The position numbers and the translations under genes were made by a program. Shown piece after piece: positions 28,977 to 39,155 of a DNA stretch of 64,000 nt. Within the stretch, counting starts at the first letter, position 1. Every line of letters begins with the position of its first letter. The stretch spans positions 31,755 to 95,754 of the forward strand of contig CAZYME010000005.1 of the NCBI GenBank assembly GCA_964648115.1, written 5' to 3'. Below the pieces are notes generated by a model. The model saw nothing but the letters and a program-made list of their open reading frames with translations, was not told the DNA's origin and ran no database searches. Source of the stretch: an uncultured Legionella sp. GTDB taxonomy: Bacteria > Pseudomonadota > Gammaproteobacteria > Legionellales > Legionellaceae.

Positions 28977-30316
28977 GACGCATGAGGCTTAGAGGATTTT
29001 TTTTGCCGGGATTTGGGTGGTGTCACTGGCTTAAAAGCAGCCACCATGTCAGCTTGTATAGTTGCTTCTGCTTCTTGAAAAGTCGTCCACCATTCAGCCA
29101 ACTCTACCGATTCGTCTCCAGCCAATGCTCGCAAGGCAAGAAAGTCATAAGCTGCTCTAAAACGTGGATGTTCTAATAGGTGAAAAGCGCGATTGCCAGT
29201 GCGCTTGGAAAAACGAAATTGCATTAACCAAATCTCACGCATCACTTGCGTAAAGCGCTTGGGAATTGTAACAACTCGGTTTTGTTCTGAAATGACATGA
29301 GACATCGCTTGATCCAATGCGGGCAATGGATCAATACCTTCATTTTTTAATTGTTCTGTCCGCGCAATCAATGGGAACCATAAAAGCACGGCATATAAAA
29401 AAGCAGGGTTTACGGGTTTATTATCACGGATACGGGTGTCGGTATTTTCTAATGCAATGCCAAGAAATGCATTAACCGGATATTGACTATCCTTGAGTTG
29501 GTGCGTTTGTGCGAAAAGATGCATAAAAAGGTCATGTTTAACTAATAAATGCTGTACAGAAGCCGCTTCACCACATTGATAAAGTTTTGTCATTTCATCA
29601 AATAACCTGGAACCTGATATGTGGTTGAGTAGGTGGCTCATTTTTGCAATAGGAGCTGCAGTTTCTGGCGCAAGCTCAAAGTGCAATTTTGCGCAGAAAC
29701 GAACTGCGCGTAACATGCGTACAGGATCTTCTTGGTAACGCGTTACTGGGTCGCCAATCATGCGTATTAATCGTTTTTTAACGTCTTCAAACCCGCCTGT
29801 AAAATCTACAATGGAAAAGTCTTCAATGTTGTAATACAAGGAATTAATGGTGAAATCGCGCCGCCAAGCATCTTCTTCGAAAGTTCCATACACGTTATCA
29901 CGAACCAGCATACCGCGGTCATTGGTGATTTGGTCCTCATCCACCGAATCATGGCCACGAAAAGTTGCTACCTCGATAATTTCACGGTGGTAAAGTATAT
30001 GAACCAATTTAAAACGGCGGCCAATAATGCGGGCGTTGCGAAATAAAGCTCTGATTTGATTTGGAGTGGCATTGGTTGTCACATCAAAATCTTTCGGTGC
30101 TTTATGTAAAAGCAAGTCACGTACACTGCCTCCAACGATATAGGCTTGATACCCAGCACTGTTTAGTCTATTTAATACTTTAAGTGCATTTACGCTGATA
30201 TCTGTTTTAGATACGTGGTGATGGTTGCGTGGTATGATATAACTAGAGTCAACAGGAGCTTTTTTTCCCCTGGACTTACGCAACAGTTTTTTAATTAAAT
30301 TGATGATGGTTTTCAC
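28973..30316 (-). CDS. pcnB: Poly(A) polymerase I
   Basis: GYQAYIVGGSVRDLLL..PKDFDV.T.A.P and RRDFTINSLYY, plus a basic C-terminal tail. Confidence 0.92.
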   Translation of the reverse strand: MKTIINLIKKLLRKSRGKKAPVDSSYIIPRNHHHVSKTDISVNALKVLNRLNSAGYQAYIVGGSVRDLLLHKAPKDFDVTTNATPNQIRALFRNARIIGRRFKLVHILYHREIIEVATFRGHDSVDEDQITNDRGMLVRDNVYGTFEEDAWRRDFTINSLYYNIEDFSIVDFTGGFEDVKKRLIRMIGDPVTRYQEDPVRMLRAVRFCAKLHFELAPETAAPIAKMSHLLNHISGSRLFDEMTKLYQCGEAASVQHLLVKHDLFMHLFAQTHQLKDSQYPVNAFLGIALENTDTRIRDNKPVNPAFLYAVLLWFPLIARTEQLKNEGIDPLPALDQAMSHVISEQNRVVTIPKRFTQVMREIWLMQFRFSKRTGNRAFHLLEHPRFRAAYDFLALRALAGDESVELAEWWTTFQEAEATIQADMVAAFKPVTPPKSRQKKSSKPHAS

Positions 30317-30365
30317 CCAATGATATTTTGCATTCGCGCGTCATTATAGCTAAGGTGTAAGTGAA

Positions 30366-31085
30366 ATGGAACTTTTAGATATTCTTGTAAGCTTGTCAGC
30401 ATTAATTATCTTAGAAATCATTCTAGGAATAGATAATTTAGTATTTTTATCAATATTGACTGAAAAACTCCCCAGAGAAAAGCGTAAGCGAGCACGAAGG
30501 TGGGGGCTAACGTTTGCGTGGGTTACGCGGCTAATGTTGCTAGCCTCAGCGGTGGAGCTGATAAAACTAACTACCCCCTTATTTAGTCTAGCCGGCCTCT
30601 CATTTTCAATGCGGGATTTATTTTTATTAGCCGGTGGGGCTTTTCTGATTGGAAAAGCCACGCAGGAAATACATAATGAAGTGGGTGATGAGGAGGAAAA
30701 AAAGAATGAGTTTGGCTCTCCAGTAGCTACATTTAGGGGAGTGGTGATCCAAGTTGCGTTGATGGATATCATTTTTTCATTGGATAGTGTGTTAACAGCA
30801 ATTGGTCTCACTAATTTCTTTTGGGTCATGGCCCTAGCAATCACATGTGCTATTTTGGTCATGATTTACGCTAGCGAGACTGTCAGTCATTTTATTGAAA
30901 AGCACCCGTCCCTTAAAATGTTAGCCCTTAGCTTTTTGATTTTAATCGGTATGGTTTTGATAGCTGATGGTCTATCGTTTCATGTGCCACGTGGGTATGT
31001 ATATTTCGCAATGGGTTTTTCATTAGGTGTCGAGTCATTAAATTTAATAAAGCAAGCTCGCCGCAAGAAACGAATGGTAAAATAA
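30366..31085 (+). CDS. TerC family integral membrane protein
   Basis: ILEIILGIDNLVFLSIL and DIIFSLDSVLTAIGL are the duplicated TerC motifs. About 7 TM helices. Confidence 0.85.
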   Translation: MELLDILVSLSALIILEIILGIDNLVFLSILTEKLPREKRKRARRWGLTFAWVTRLMLLASAVELIKLTTPLFSLAGLSFSMRDLFLLAGGAFLIGKATQEIHNEVGDEEEKKNEFGSPVATFRGVVIQVALMDIIFSLDSVLTAIGLTNFFWVMALAITCAILVMIYASETVSHFIEKHPSLKMLALSFLILIGMVLIADGLSFHVPRGYVYFAMGFSLGVESLNLIKQARRKKRMVK

Positions 31086-31086
31086 A

Positions 31087-31512
31087 ATGTTAATAATAAA
31101 AGCAGTACACATTATTTCTATGGTTGCCTGGTTTGCCGGTCTTTTTTATTTACCGCGATTATTTGTTTACCATGCTGATGCAGTAGATAAAATAAGTATT
31201 GAGCGTTTTAAGCTTATGGAGCGCAGGTTGTATTATGCTATAACGTGGCCTGCTGCCATATTTACAACCGTGTTAGGGATTTCTCTGCTTACGTATAATT
31301 GGGGATATTATCTAAAGTCAGGCTGGATGCATGCAAAACTAGCTTTGGTAGTTCTATTATGGGCTTATCATCTAACCTGCGGTCATTTTGTAAAGCAATT
31401 CGCAGGCGAGACGAACATACGCAATGCTCGTTTTTATAGAGTATTCAATGAAGTACCAACAGTTTTATTGGTCCTTATTGTATTTGCAGTGGTTTTGAAG
31501 CCTCAATTGTAA
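31087..31512 (+). CDS. hemJ: Protoporphyrinogen IX oxidase HemJ (UPF0093 / CopD-like)
   Basis: KAVHIISMVAWFAGLFYLPRLFVYH at the N-terminus. Four TM helices, about 140 aa. Confidence 0.8.
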   Translation: MLIIKAVHIISMVAWFAGLFYLPRLFVYHADAVDKISIERFKLMERRLYYAITWPAAIFTTVLGISLLTYNWGYYLKSGWMHAKLALVVLLWAYHLTCGHFVKQFAGETNIRNARFYRVFNEVPTVLLVLIVFAVVLKPQL

Positions 31513-31686
31513 TTCCTTCGCCCCGCGAGGGGAGAAGGTGCCGGCAGGGCGGATGAGGGGTGATAAAAAATTTACAACAATTAATGTAGCACTTCGAGAC
31601 GTCGCTACGCTCCTCCTCAGCACGAACGGATTTAAATAAAGGCATAAAAGCATTTATTCAACAACGCCCATCAATGAGAGAGGAGC
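31513..31686. repeat. TTCCTTCGCCCCGCGAGGGG...CCATCAATG.GAGAGGAGC element, copy 1
   Basis: Shares both termini and the internal AAAATTTACAACAA with 62313-62459. Lies between convergent genes. Confidence 0.8.
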
Positions 31687-31710
31687 CTATGAACAACATG
31701 GAGTAAGTTA

Positions 31711-31887
31711 CTACTCCATTTCCATCATTTCAAAATCTTCCTTAGCCGCACCACAATCAGGGCAAAACCAATTTTCAGGGACATTTTCCCATGTGGTGCC
31801 TGCCTCAATACCATCTTCCGGCCAGCCCTCTGCCTCGTCATAAATCAGCCCACAAATGACACAAATGTATTTTTTATATGCTTGCAT
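31711..31887 (-). CDS. Rubredoxin (58 aa, below the ORF-track cutoff)
   Basis: Own translation: [58 protein letters not shown]. Two CxxCG knuckles and conserved aromatic residues. Confidence 0.88.
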   Translation of the reverse strand: MQAYKKYICVICGLIYDEAEGWPEDGIEAGTTWENVPENWFCPDCGAAKEDFEMMEME

Positions 31888-32052
31888 ATTATCACTTCGT
31901 ATTTAAAAGACGGTAATTTAGCCATTGTTTGTGCGGATGTAAAGTAAAGGAAGCAGTGGATGAAGAAATACCAACTTAATGTTTAGCTAATAATCCAGGT
32001 GTATAATTAAATACCATAAAATTAAATAATATTTTATTTGAGGATATGGTTG

Positions 32053-34002
32053 ATGTTAGACGCGAACATAACAGAAGCTCTTCTACAAATTGATTTAAAA
32101 ATTATTGAATTAGAGCAACAGAGAAGAGTGGCTGAATTAGAGGCCAATTTTGATGAGTATAAGAAAACCCGTGGCTCTATCTCTGTTGAGGAATTTGAAC
32201 AATTAAGAATAGCTGAAAACATGGCTTGTGTTCGCTTAGATCGCATCAACATGGATCTTGAGTCTCTAAAATTAGAGAAAGCTATTCTTTTGCAACATAA
32301 CAAAAGTGCAACTTTTGAACGAATTATTATTGGTGCAGGTAGTGCTGGAACAGCTGTTTTCCTTGAGTTTAATGAGCTAGACGGAGACGAGTTTCCTAAA
32401 ATTATTGTATTAAATAATCCAGCAGATAATCAACAATGGCGCAAAGATGGTGTCATGTTGATGGGGCAACCGGCAGCTATTCAAACCCCCCAGGTATTTT
32501 CGTCCCATTCTGAGGATTTTGCTGCTGAAGATGGAGCTTCTGTACGCAACCCTTATAATTATGTGATGTCCGATCACTTTGATCATTCTATCGTAAGCAC
32601 TCAGGCAACTGCTGGTATGAAAATACTACATGTAGCCGCAGACGATATTGAATCAAGAGATAACTATGTGGGAGATGTAGCTTGGGAGCATGATAAATAC
32701 CCTCACCGTATTTGTGTACAAATGAGAGGAACACATTATTACCTTTACACTCAACATATTGATTTATGCACTGGACCAGGGATTACGAGAAAATTATCCA
32801 CCAGACAGCTTCCTCAAGCACTAGAGCAAAAACTTGCTCAAGATGATATAATATTATACGGGCAAGATTGTGGTGATAAAAAATTGCATGGAAATGTTAT
32901 TTTTTATGGTGGAGGGGCGCGGAATGCCGCGATAATTATTGATATATTAAGTGGGTGTCATCCTGGGGTTACTTCATTTTCTTGGATTGCTCGAAATGGT
33001 GCAAGCTTTGATGACAATGCATTGTTAAACCGTATGTACGATGATTTGGATTCTGACCCACGCTGCAGAAGGGCGCTAGCTGTATTAGTTACAGTTGAGC
33101 AACTTCAAGATAAGCAACTAAAGCTGACCTTTGGACCGCCGCAAAAATCTCTTAAAACTAAACAGTTAGAGGTTATTACAGCGCCAATGCTTTGCGACCA
33201 GCTGGTCATTTCCGTGGGTCAAGATCCTTATCCGATTGTTAGAAATTTGAAAGGATTTATACCTTGTTTACTGGAAAATAGATTTTTGGGAATAGATGAT
33301 AAGGTAGAGTTAATTCCACTGGGTACCCACAACCCCGATAGGAGTATTGTTGCCTGGGGTGCAATTGGTGCTATGGGTGTAGGTTTAAATGATAGAAGTA
33401 AATACACCGAGGCTGTTATTAAACATGCTCAAACACTCCCAGGAGAAAGTCGTGGTGTGGCGGGAATTTTTCGGAGCAATTGGACCATACAAATGATGGC
33501 AAAAATATTTCAACAAGGTGTTCCAGACGCAATAAAAACAAGTGATATTCATGCTTGTGATTTACCTGATATAAATCTTGCTACTTGTAGCGATCTTTAT
33601 GAAATTATCAGGGAGCGTATGCAAAAACTTTCTCCTGATGAATGTTTTAGGATGGCTAGCTATATTGTTGAACTTAGATCAACGCTACGCGTAGGTTTGT
33701 CAGAGGTTTCTATTTTAAATGCAGAAATTCCAAGGCCTGTTATGGTTGCATTGATGCAGAAATATTTCCCATTTGGGGTGATTCCGGAAAAGGTAGCCTC
33801 AGTGAGGACTGTTATTGGTTCTAGTCTACCTGTTACGTTTTTTGCCAGTGGTTCCGCGCCTGATAGTTTTGCTGATGCCATGACGCTGCTTGGTAAAACC
33901 GCAATCGAAGATGTGTTGTTACCTGAAATCCAAGAAGAGCCTACTCCTGCTAGTGTTAATGAGGATGTGGATCCTATTCCGGTTGCGCTAGTTGTTGCAT
34001 AA
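32053..34002 (+). CDS. Orphan protein: N-terminal coiled coil plus two Rossmann-like dinucleotide-binding motifs
   Basis: Start taken at the ATG MLDANI. IIIGAGSAGTAV (GAGSAG at 32332-32349) and a second motif VIFYGGGARNAAIIID. Acidic C-terminus EIQEEPTPASVNEDVD. No signal peptide. Confidence 0.65.
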   Translation: MLDANITEALLQIDLKIIELEQQRRVAELEANFDEYKKTRGSISVEEFEQLRIAENMACVRLDRINMDLESLKLEKAILLQHNKSATFERIIIGAGSAGTAVFLEFNELDGDEFPKIIVLNNPADNQQWRKDGVMLMGQPAAIQTPQVFSSHSEDFAAEDGASVRNPYNYVMSDHFDHSIVSTQATAGMKILHVAADDIESRDNYVGDVAWEHDKYPHRICVQMRGTHYYLYTQHIDLCTGPGITRKLSTRQLPQALEQKLAQDDIILYGQDCGDKKLHGNVIFYGGGARNAAIIIDILSGCHPGVTSFSWIARNGASFDDNALLNRMYDDLDSDPRCRRALAVLVTVEQLQDKQLKLTFGPPQKSLKTKQLEVITAPMLCDQLVISVGQDPYPIVRNLKGFIPCLLENRFLGIDDKVELIPLGTHNPDRSIVAWGAIGAMGVGLNDRSKYTEAVIKHAQTLPGESRGVAGIFRSNWTIQMMAKIFQQGVPDAIKTSDIHACDLPDINLATCSDLYEIIRERMQKLSPDECFRMASYIVELRSTLRVGLSEVSILNAEIPRPVMVALMQKYFPFGVIPEKVASVRTVIGSSLPVTFFASGSAPDSFADAMTLLGKTAIEDVLLPEIQEEPTPASVNEDVDPIPVALVVA

Positions 34003-34038
34003 AATTTTTTAATCTACTTTATAAAGCATAGGAATGAT

Positions 34039-34902
34039 ATGCCACATAAATCATTGGATGAAGTGTTAGTATTTACTTCACTTGAAACGGAAATATTAGA
34101 AACTGTTCGTCGAATAGGAGCTGTTTGCACTTCTGCAGAGTTGGTTGAATACTTAAAAAATGCTGACTTATCGCTTATACTCAGGTTTTCTATTAAATAT
34201 CCTGATGTGGATAGTATTTGTAAACGTTCTAGTTTGAATAAGATGTGGGACGAAATTTTGCAACGAAGCAGTTTTTTAAGTTTTGAATGCAAGCCCCAGC
34301 CAACTATTCATAGCTTGGATTTACTAAAGGGTCTGCTTTTATATGCCGGTTACAAAAGGAGGTCTGTGTCGGAGGATTCTCAAGACAAACAAATGTCAAT
34401 CAAGTTTCTAGAACTATCTGCAGATTTAGGTTGTTTCGTAGCGCTTAATCAGGTTTGTCAATTGGAATTAAAAAAAGCAGAACCTAATCGTATATTAGTG
34501 TTTAATTCTGCACTGAGGGCTGCAAGTTTGTATTTGACAGCGGGTTATCTGTTGCTTGCTGCATGTAATTATCTCCTTAAACTTCCTCGTGAAGCTTTAG
34601 AATGTTTGATCCTTGCAGAAAAATTAATACCCCATTCAGAGGTATATACGTATAACGCATATTTTGGTAAACCTATAGATGAAATAATCAAGCATTCTTT
34701 TGGGAATTTAACAAAAGGAAAAGTTGCACTTTCAAAACTTGCTGATATCCCCCCCCCTGAAGTGGTCGGAATTCTATATCCAGCCATGGAAGCACAAAAG
34801 CTTAGTATTCTTAGTGCATTACCGATTGCGGTGGAAGGTAATGTTGAAAATGATCAAACAGAAAAGGTAGAAAACATTCCTGTACAATTTAGGGTAATAT
34901 AA
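34039..34902 (+). CDS. Orphan helical-repeat protein (weak Sel1/TPR-like segment)
   Basis: 287-aa ORF 37 nt after the previous gene, with a GGAATGA RBS-like sequence. FLELSADLGCFVALNQV resembles a Sel1 half-repeat. Acidic C-terminus. Confidence 0.55.
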   Translation: MPHKSLDEVLVFTSLETEILETVRRIGAVCTSAELVEYLKNADLSLILRFSIKYPDVDSICKRSSLNKMWDEILQRSSFLSFECKPQPTIHSLDLLKGLLLYAGYKRRSVSEDSQDKQMSIKFLELSADLGCFVALNQVCQLELKKAEPNRILVFNSALRAASLYLTAGYLLLAACNYLLKLPREALECLILAEKLIPHSEVYTYNAYFGKPIDEIIKHSFGNLTKGKVALSKLADIPPPEVVGILYPAMEAQKLSILSALPIAVEGNVENDQTEKVENIPVQFRVI

Positions 34903-34991
34903 CTCTTTTGTAATTCCCCTCGGTACTACTCTGATTGCCAAATTTTAGGCAAATCTATAGAATACGCGCATAAATTGGCATTGGAGCTGAA

Positions 34992-36287
34992 ATGAGTTAC
35001 TCGCAAGAACTATTCGCACAAGCACAAACAGTTATCCCAGGTGGAGTAAACTCACCAGTTCGTGCATTCAAAGGTGTCGGTGGTGAGCCGCTCTTTTTTA
35101 AAGAGGGGAAGGGCGCTTATCTGGTCGATGTTGATGAAAAACATTACATTGATTATGTAGGTTCTTGGGGGCCGTTGGTTCTAGGGCATTGTCACCAAAA
35201 TGTTACTGCTGCAGTAGCTAAAACGCTGTATAAAGGAATGAGTTTTGGAGCTCCAACGGAACTTGAGATTCGGCTAGCGCAAAAAATCGTTTCGTTAATG
35301 CCTTCCATTGAAAAAATACGCATGGTTAACTCAGGTACTGAGGCAACCATGACAGCGATTCGTTTAGCACGTGGATATACTAATCGCAGTAAAATTATTA
35401 AATTTAATGGTTGTTACCATGGTCACAGTGATAGTTTATTAGTGAAAGCTGGCTCAGGGTTATTAACCTTTGGTATTCCTTCTACTCCTGGTATTCCTCC
35501 TAGTATTACCAAACACACACTGACGGCTAATTTTAATGATTTAGAGCAAACCGCGCGTTTATTTGAGCAATATAATACAGATATAGCTGCGGTAATTGTC
35601 GAGCCTGTCGCTGGTAATATGGGTTTTGTGTTACCAAAACCTGATTTCCTGCAAGGGTTACGCGACTTATGTGATTCCTATAATGCAGTTTTAATTTTTG
35701 ATGAAGTGATGACAGGTTTTCGTGTTGCATTAGGTGGTGCTCAAGAAATTTATGGCGTTAAACCGGATCTTACAACACTTGGAAAAGTTATTGGTGGGGG
35801 AATGCCAGTTGGTGCTTTAGGAGGGAAAGCCGCTATCATGTCGTGCTTAGCTCCAGAGGGCCCTGTTTATCAGGCAGGAACCTTGTCTGGCAATCCTCTG
35901 GCCATGGCCGCTGGATTAGCAACATTAACCGAGGTTGAAAAGCCGGGCTTTTATCAACACCTTTCATCTATTTCTGACAAATTGGTACGTGCACTCACAG
36001 ATGTAACTCACGCATTAAATATACCATTTTGTGGGGCCTCCTTAGGTGGAATGTTTGGGTTTTGTTTTAACAGTAAACATCAAGTGATGGATTATGCTGA
36101 TGTGGCTGCTTCTGACGAGGTATTATTCAAGCACTTCTTCCATGGCATGCTGCAAAAAGGCGTTTATTTTGCACCATCTATGTACGAAGCAGGCTTTGTT
36201 TCTAGTGCGCATCAACATGAAGAGATTCGCCTCACACAAGTAGCTGCGGAAGCTGTATTGGCGAATTATATGAAAGTTATTTCTTAA
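34992..36287 (+). CDS. hemL: Glutamate-1-semialdehyde 2,1-aminomutase
   Basis: [35 protein letters not shown] and the [14 protein letters not shown]-lysine motif. Confidence 0.96.
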   Translation: MSYSQELFAQAQTVIPGGVNSPVRAFKGVGGEPLFFKEGKGAYLVDVDEKHYIDYVGSWGPLVLGHCHQNVTAAVAKTLYKGMSFGAPTELEIRLAQKIVSLMPSIEKIRMVNSGTEATMTAIRLARGYTNRSKIIKFNGCYHGHSDSLLVKAGSGLLTFGIPSTPGIPPSITKHTLTANFNDLEQTARLFEQYNTDIAAVIVEPVAGNMGFVLPKPDFLQGLRDLCDSYNAVLIFDEVMTGFRVALGGAQEIYGVKPDLTTLGKVIGGGMPVGALGGKAAIMSCLAPEGPVYQAGTLSGNPLAMAAGLATLTEVEKPGFYQHLSSISDKLVRALTDVTHALNIPFCGASLGGMFGFCFNSKHQVMDYADVAASDEVLFKHFFHGMLQKGVYFAPSMYEAGFVSSAHQHEEIRLTQVAAEAVLANYMKVIS

Positions 36288-36304
36288 GCTCGTGGGGGCC
36301 TACG

Positions 36305-37090
36305 GTGCAAAGAATAGAAATTTTTCAAATAGATGCCTTTACGGATAAGGTATTTCATGGGAATCCTGCCGCTATTTGTTTGCTTGATGATTGGTTAAAT
36401 GATGAGTTATTAGAAGCAATAGCATTTGAAAATAATTTATCAGAAACAGCCTTTATTATTGAAAATAACTGTGGCTATCAAATTCGTTGGTTTACTCCAA
36501 ATGGAGAAGTCAATTTATGTGGCCATGCGACTTTAGCAGCAGGTTTTCTGTTGTTTGAATTAGGTAAGTCTCGCTCAAATGCGATACATTTTTCAAGCTC
36601 AGGGGGCTCGTTTAAAGTACAAAAAAATGGTGAGATGCTGACCTTAAGTTTTCCGCGCTTAGATGTTAACGAAGTGGAAAATTCCGACGTACTTAAAGAA
36701 ATCGTAGACCGGCCATTTGTTGAGGCATTTGTAAGCGATTTAGATTACCTAATCTTGTTGCCGAATGAAAAACAAGTAGTGCAAGCACAGGTAAATTTAA
36801 ACCTATTAAAAAAATTGCCTAAACGCGGTTTAATTTTGACGTCTACCGGTGTTGATGCGGATTTTTATTCACGCTGTTTTTACCCTAAGCATAATATTTC
36901 CGAAGATCCTGTGACAGGATCCGCCCACTGTATTCTTGCTCCTTTTTGGTCAAAACGACTAAATAAAAAATCGTTACATGCAACGCAAGGCCTACATCGC
37001 AAAGGAGATGTTTTTTGCGAGGTTTATGATGATCATGTTGATTTATCAGGGTATTGTAAATGGTATTTAAAGGGACATTTAGTGATTTAA
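36305..37090 (+). CDS. PhzF family isomerase-like protein
   Basis: GTG start. FQIDAFTDKVFHGNPAAI, LSETAF, RWFTP..EVNLCGHATLA and DPVTGSAHC. Confidence 0.85.
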   Translation: MQRIEIFQIDAFTDKVFHGNPAAICLLDDWLNDELLEAIAFENNLSETAFIIENNCGYQIRWFTPNGEVNLCGHATLAAGFLLFELGKSRSNAIHFSSSGGSFKVQKNGEMLTLSFPRLDVNEVENSDVLKEIVDRPFVEAFVSDLDYLILLPNEKQVVQAQVNLNLLKKLPKRGLILTSTGVDADFYSRCFYPKHNISEDPVTGSAHCILAPFWSKRLNKKSLHATQGLHRKGDVFCEVYDDHVDLSGYCKWYLKGHLVI

Positions 37091-37157
37091 TAGAAGTTGC
37101 TATCCACAGACCGGCGTGTTAAAAATAGCCCTGGTTTGCTTCAAGGAGTAGACAAAA

Positions 37158-38042
37158 ATGCCACATTCCAAAGGAAAGCTGTTTAAAACCCTCGTTAAAG
37201 ATAATGCACCGCTACAAGTTTTAGGCACAATCAATGCCTATTCAGCTATGTTAGCCGAAGCTGCTAATGCGCAAGCTATTTACCTTTCCGGAGCAGGGGT
37301 GGCCAATGCTTCGTATGGCTTACCCGACTTAGGGATGACCAGTTTAGCCGAGGTGCTTGAAGACGCGCGTCGTATTACAGCAGCATCTTCGCTTCCGCTC
37401 TTAGTGGATGTAGATACCGGCTGGGGGCACGCATTCAATATTGCCAGAACTGTAAAATTAATGGAGCGTGCAGATGTTGCTGCTATCCATATCGAAGATC
37501 AAATTGTCGCTAAACGCTGCGGACATAGACCCAATAAAGGTATTGTTTCAATGCAAGAAATGGGCGATCGTATTAAGTCAGCTGTAGACGCTCGAGTTGA
37601 TCAGGATTTTGTTATTATGGCGCGTACAGATGCTTATGCTGCAGAAGGGATGCAAGCAGCAATAGAGCGGGTAGAGTTTTATATTGAATTAGGCGCGGAT
37701 ATGATATTTCCAGAAGCATTGACTACACTGGAAGAATATCGTGCCTTTGCCAAACACATCCATGTGCCTATACTTGCAAATATCACAGAATTCGGCAAAA
37801 CCCCTCTGTTCACACGTGATGAATTAGAGCATGCTGGAGTAGGGCTAATTTTGTATCCACTTAGCGCTTTTCGCGCTATGTCTTTCGCAGCATTAAATGT
37901 TTATCGTACTATAGTAGAACGTGGCACGCAGCAAACGATGTTAGCTAGTATGCAAACTCGTGATGATTTATACGACGTATTAAAATACCGTGCATTTGAA
38001 GAACAATTAGATCAACTTATGGAGAGAGAGGATGGTCAATAA
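37158..38042 (+). CDS. prpB: 2-methylisocitrate lyase
   Basis: LLVDVDTGWG, IHIEDQIVAKRCGHRPNK (KRCGH catalytic loop) and ARTDA. Confidence 0.92.
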   Translation: MPHSKGKLFKTLVKDNAPLQVLGTINAYSAMLAEAANAQAIYLSGAGVANASYGLPDLGMTSLAEVLEDARRITAASSLPLLVDVDTGWGHAFNIARTVKLMERADVAAIHIEDQIVAKRCGHRPNKGIVSMQEMGDRIKSAVDARVDQDFVIMARTDAYAAEGMQAAIERVEFYIELGADMIFPEALTTLEEYRAFAKHIHVPILANITEFGKTPLFTRDELEHAGVGLILYPLSAFRAMSFAALNVYRTIVERGTQQTMLASMQTRDDLYDVLKYRAFEEQLDQLMEREDGQ

Positions 38043-39150
38043 AACAGCTGGTTTGGCTGGAGTCGTCGCCGGCGAGTCAGCAATTGCTACAGTAGGTCTT
38101 GCAGGAAAGGGACTCAACTACCGAGGCTATTCTATTGACGATCTAGCAACGAGCTCAACGTTCGAAGAAGTCGCGTATTTATTGCATTATGGGCAATTAC
38201 CTACACGTGCTGAATTGGCAACGTATATTAATAAATTAATTAGTCTGCGCACTTTGCCAGCGGAACTAAAAAAAGTTTTAAAGCTCATCCCCGCTAACAC
38301 ACATCCAATGGATGTCCTGCGCACAGGCTGCTCGATGCTCGGCACGCTGGAGCCAGAATTGGATTTTTCTCAGCAATATGATATTGCTGATCGCCTTTTG
38401 GCGATATTTCCAGGCATATTATGCTATTGGTATGCATTTCATCACTTAGGTAAAGAAATCAGTGGTGAAAGTGATGAGCAAACCGTGGGAGGGCATTTCC
38501 TAGCTCTTTTACATGGAAAAGAGCCATCAAAGCCATGCCGAGATATGATGAACGTATCACTTATTTTATATGCAGAGCATGAGTTTAATGCTTCAACATT
38601 TGCGGCCAGAGTTACCGCAGCGACACTTTCCGATTTTTACTCTGCAATTACGAGCGCTATCGGAACATTGCGAGGCCCCTTGCATGGTGGCGCTAATGAA
38701 GCAGCTATGGAGCTCATTGCGCGTTTTAAAAATCCAGATGAAGCAGAGCAGCAGTTGATGGTCATGCTGGCTAACAAAGCTAAAATTATGGGTTTTGGGC
38801 ATCGTGTTTACACTGAATGCGATCCGCGCTCAGATATTATTCAACAATGGTCAAAAAAATTGGCAAAGGAACCGGGGCATGAACTTCTTTATAGGGTATC
38901 TGAGCGTATCGAAGAAGTGATGCGGCGCGAGAAAAAAATATTTCCTAATCTTGATTTTTATAGTGCCTCTGCATATCATTTTGCCGGAATTCCAACCCCC
39001 TTATTTACTCCGATTTTTGTAATGTCGCGCATCACTGGCTGGTCTGCACATATTTTCGAACAGCGCGCTGATAATCGGTTAATACGACCATCCTCCAAAT
39101 ATATTGGTCCAGATCCAAAAGCGTATATTTCAATTGATGCGAGAGATTAG
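38032..39150 (+). CDS. prpC: 2-methylcitrate synthase
   Basis: Citrate-synthase motifs [20 protein letters not shown] and GFGHRVY. Sits between prpB and prpD. Confidence 0.92.
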   Translation: MVNKTAGLAGVVAGESAIATVGLAGKGLNYRGYSIDDLATSSTFEEVAYLLHYGQLPTRAELATYINKLISLRTLPAELKKVLKLIPANTHPMDVLRTGCSMLGTLEPELDFSQQYDIADRLLAIFPGILCYWYAFHHLGKEISGESDEQTVGGHFLALLHGKEPSKPCRDMMNVSLILYAEHEFNASTFAARVTAATLSDFYSAITSAIGTLRGPLHGGANEAAMELIARFKNPDEAEQQLMVMLANKAKIMGFGHRVYTECDPRSDIIQQWSKKLAKEPGHELLYRVSERIEEVMRREKKIFPNLDFYSASAYHFAGIPTPLFTPIFVMSRITGWSAHIFEQRADNRLIRPSSKYIGPDPKAYISIDARD

Positions 39151-39155
39151 TAAAG

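Noticed and set aside
30317-30365. yybP-ykoY-type Mn riboswitch in front of the TerC gene
   Set aside because: The divergent gap is only 49 bp, too short for the riboswitch.
30350-30862. 170-aa minus-strand ORF
   Set aside because: It is entirely antisense to the well-supported TerC gene, with no RBS or motif.
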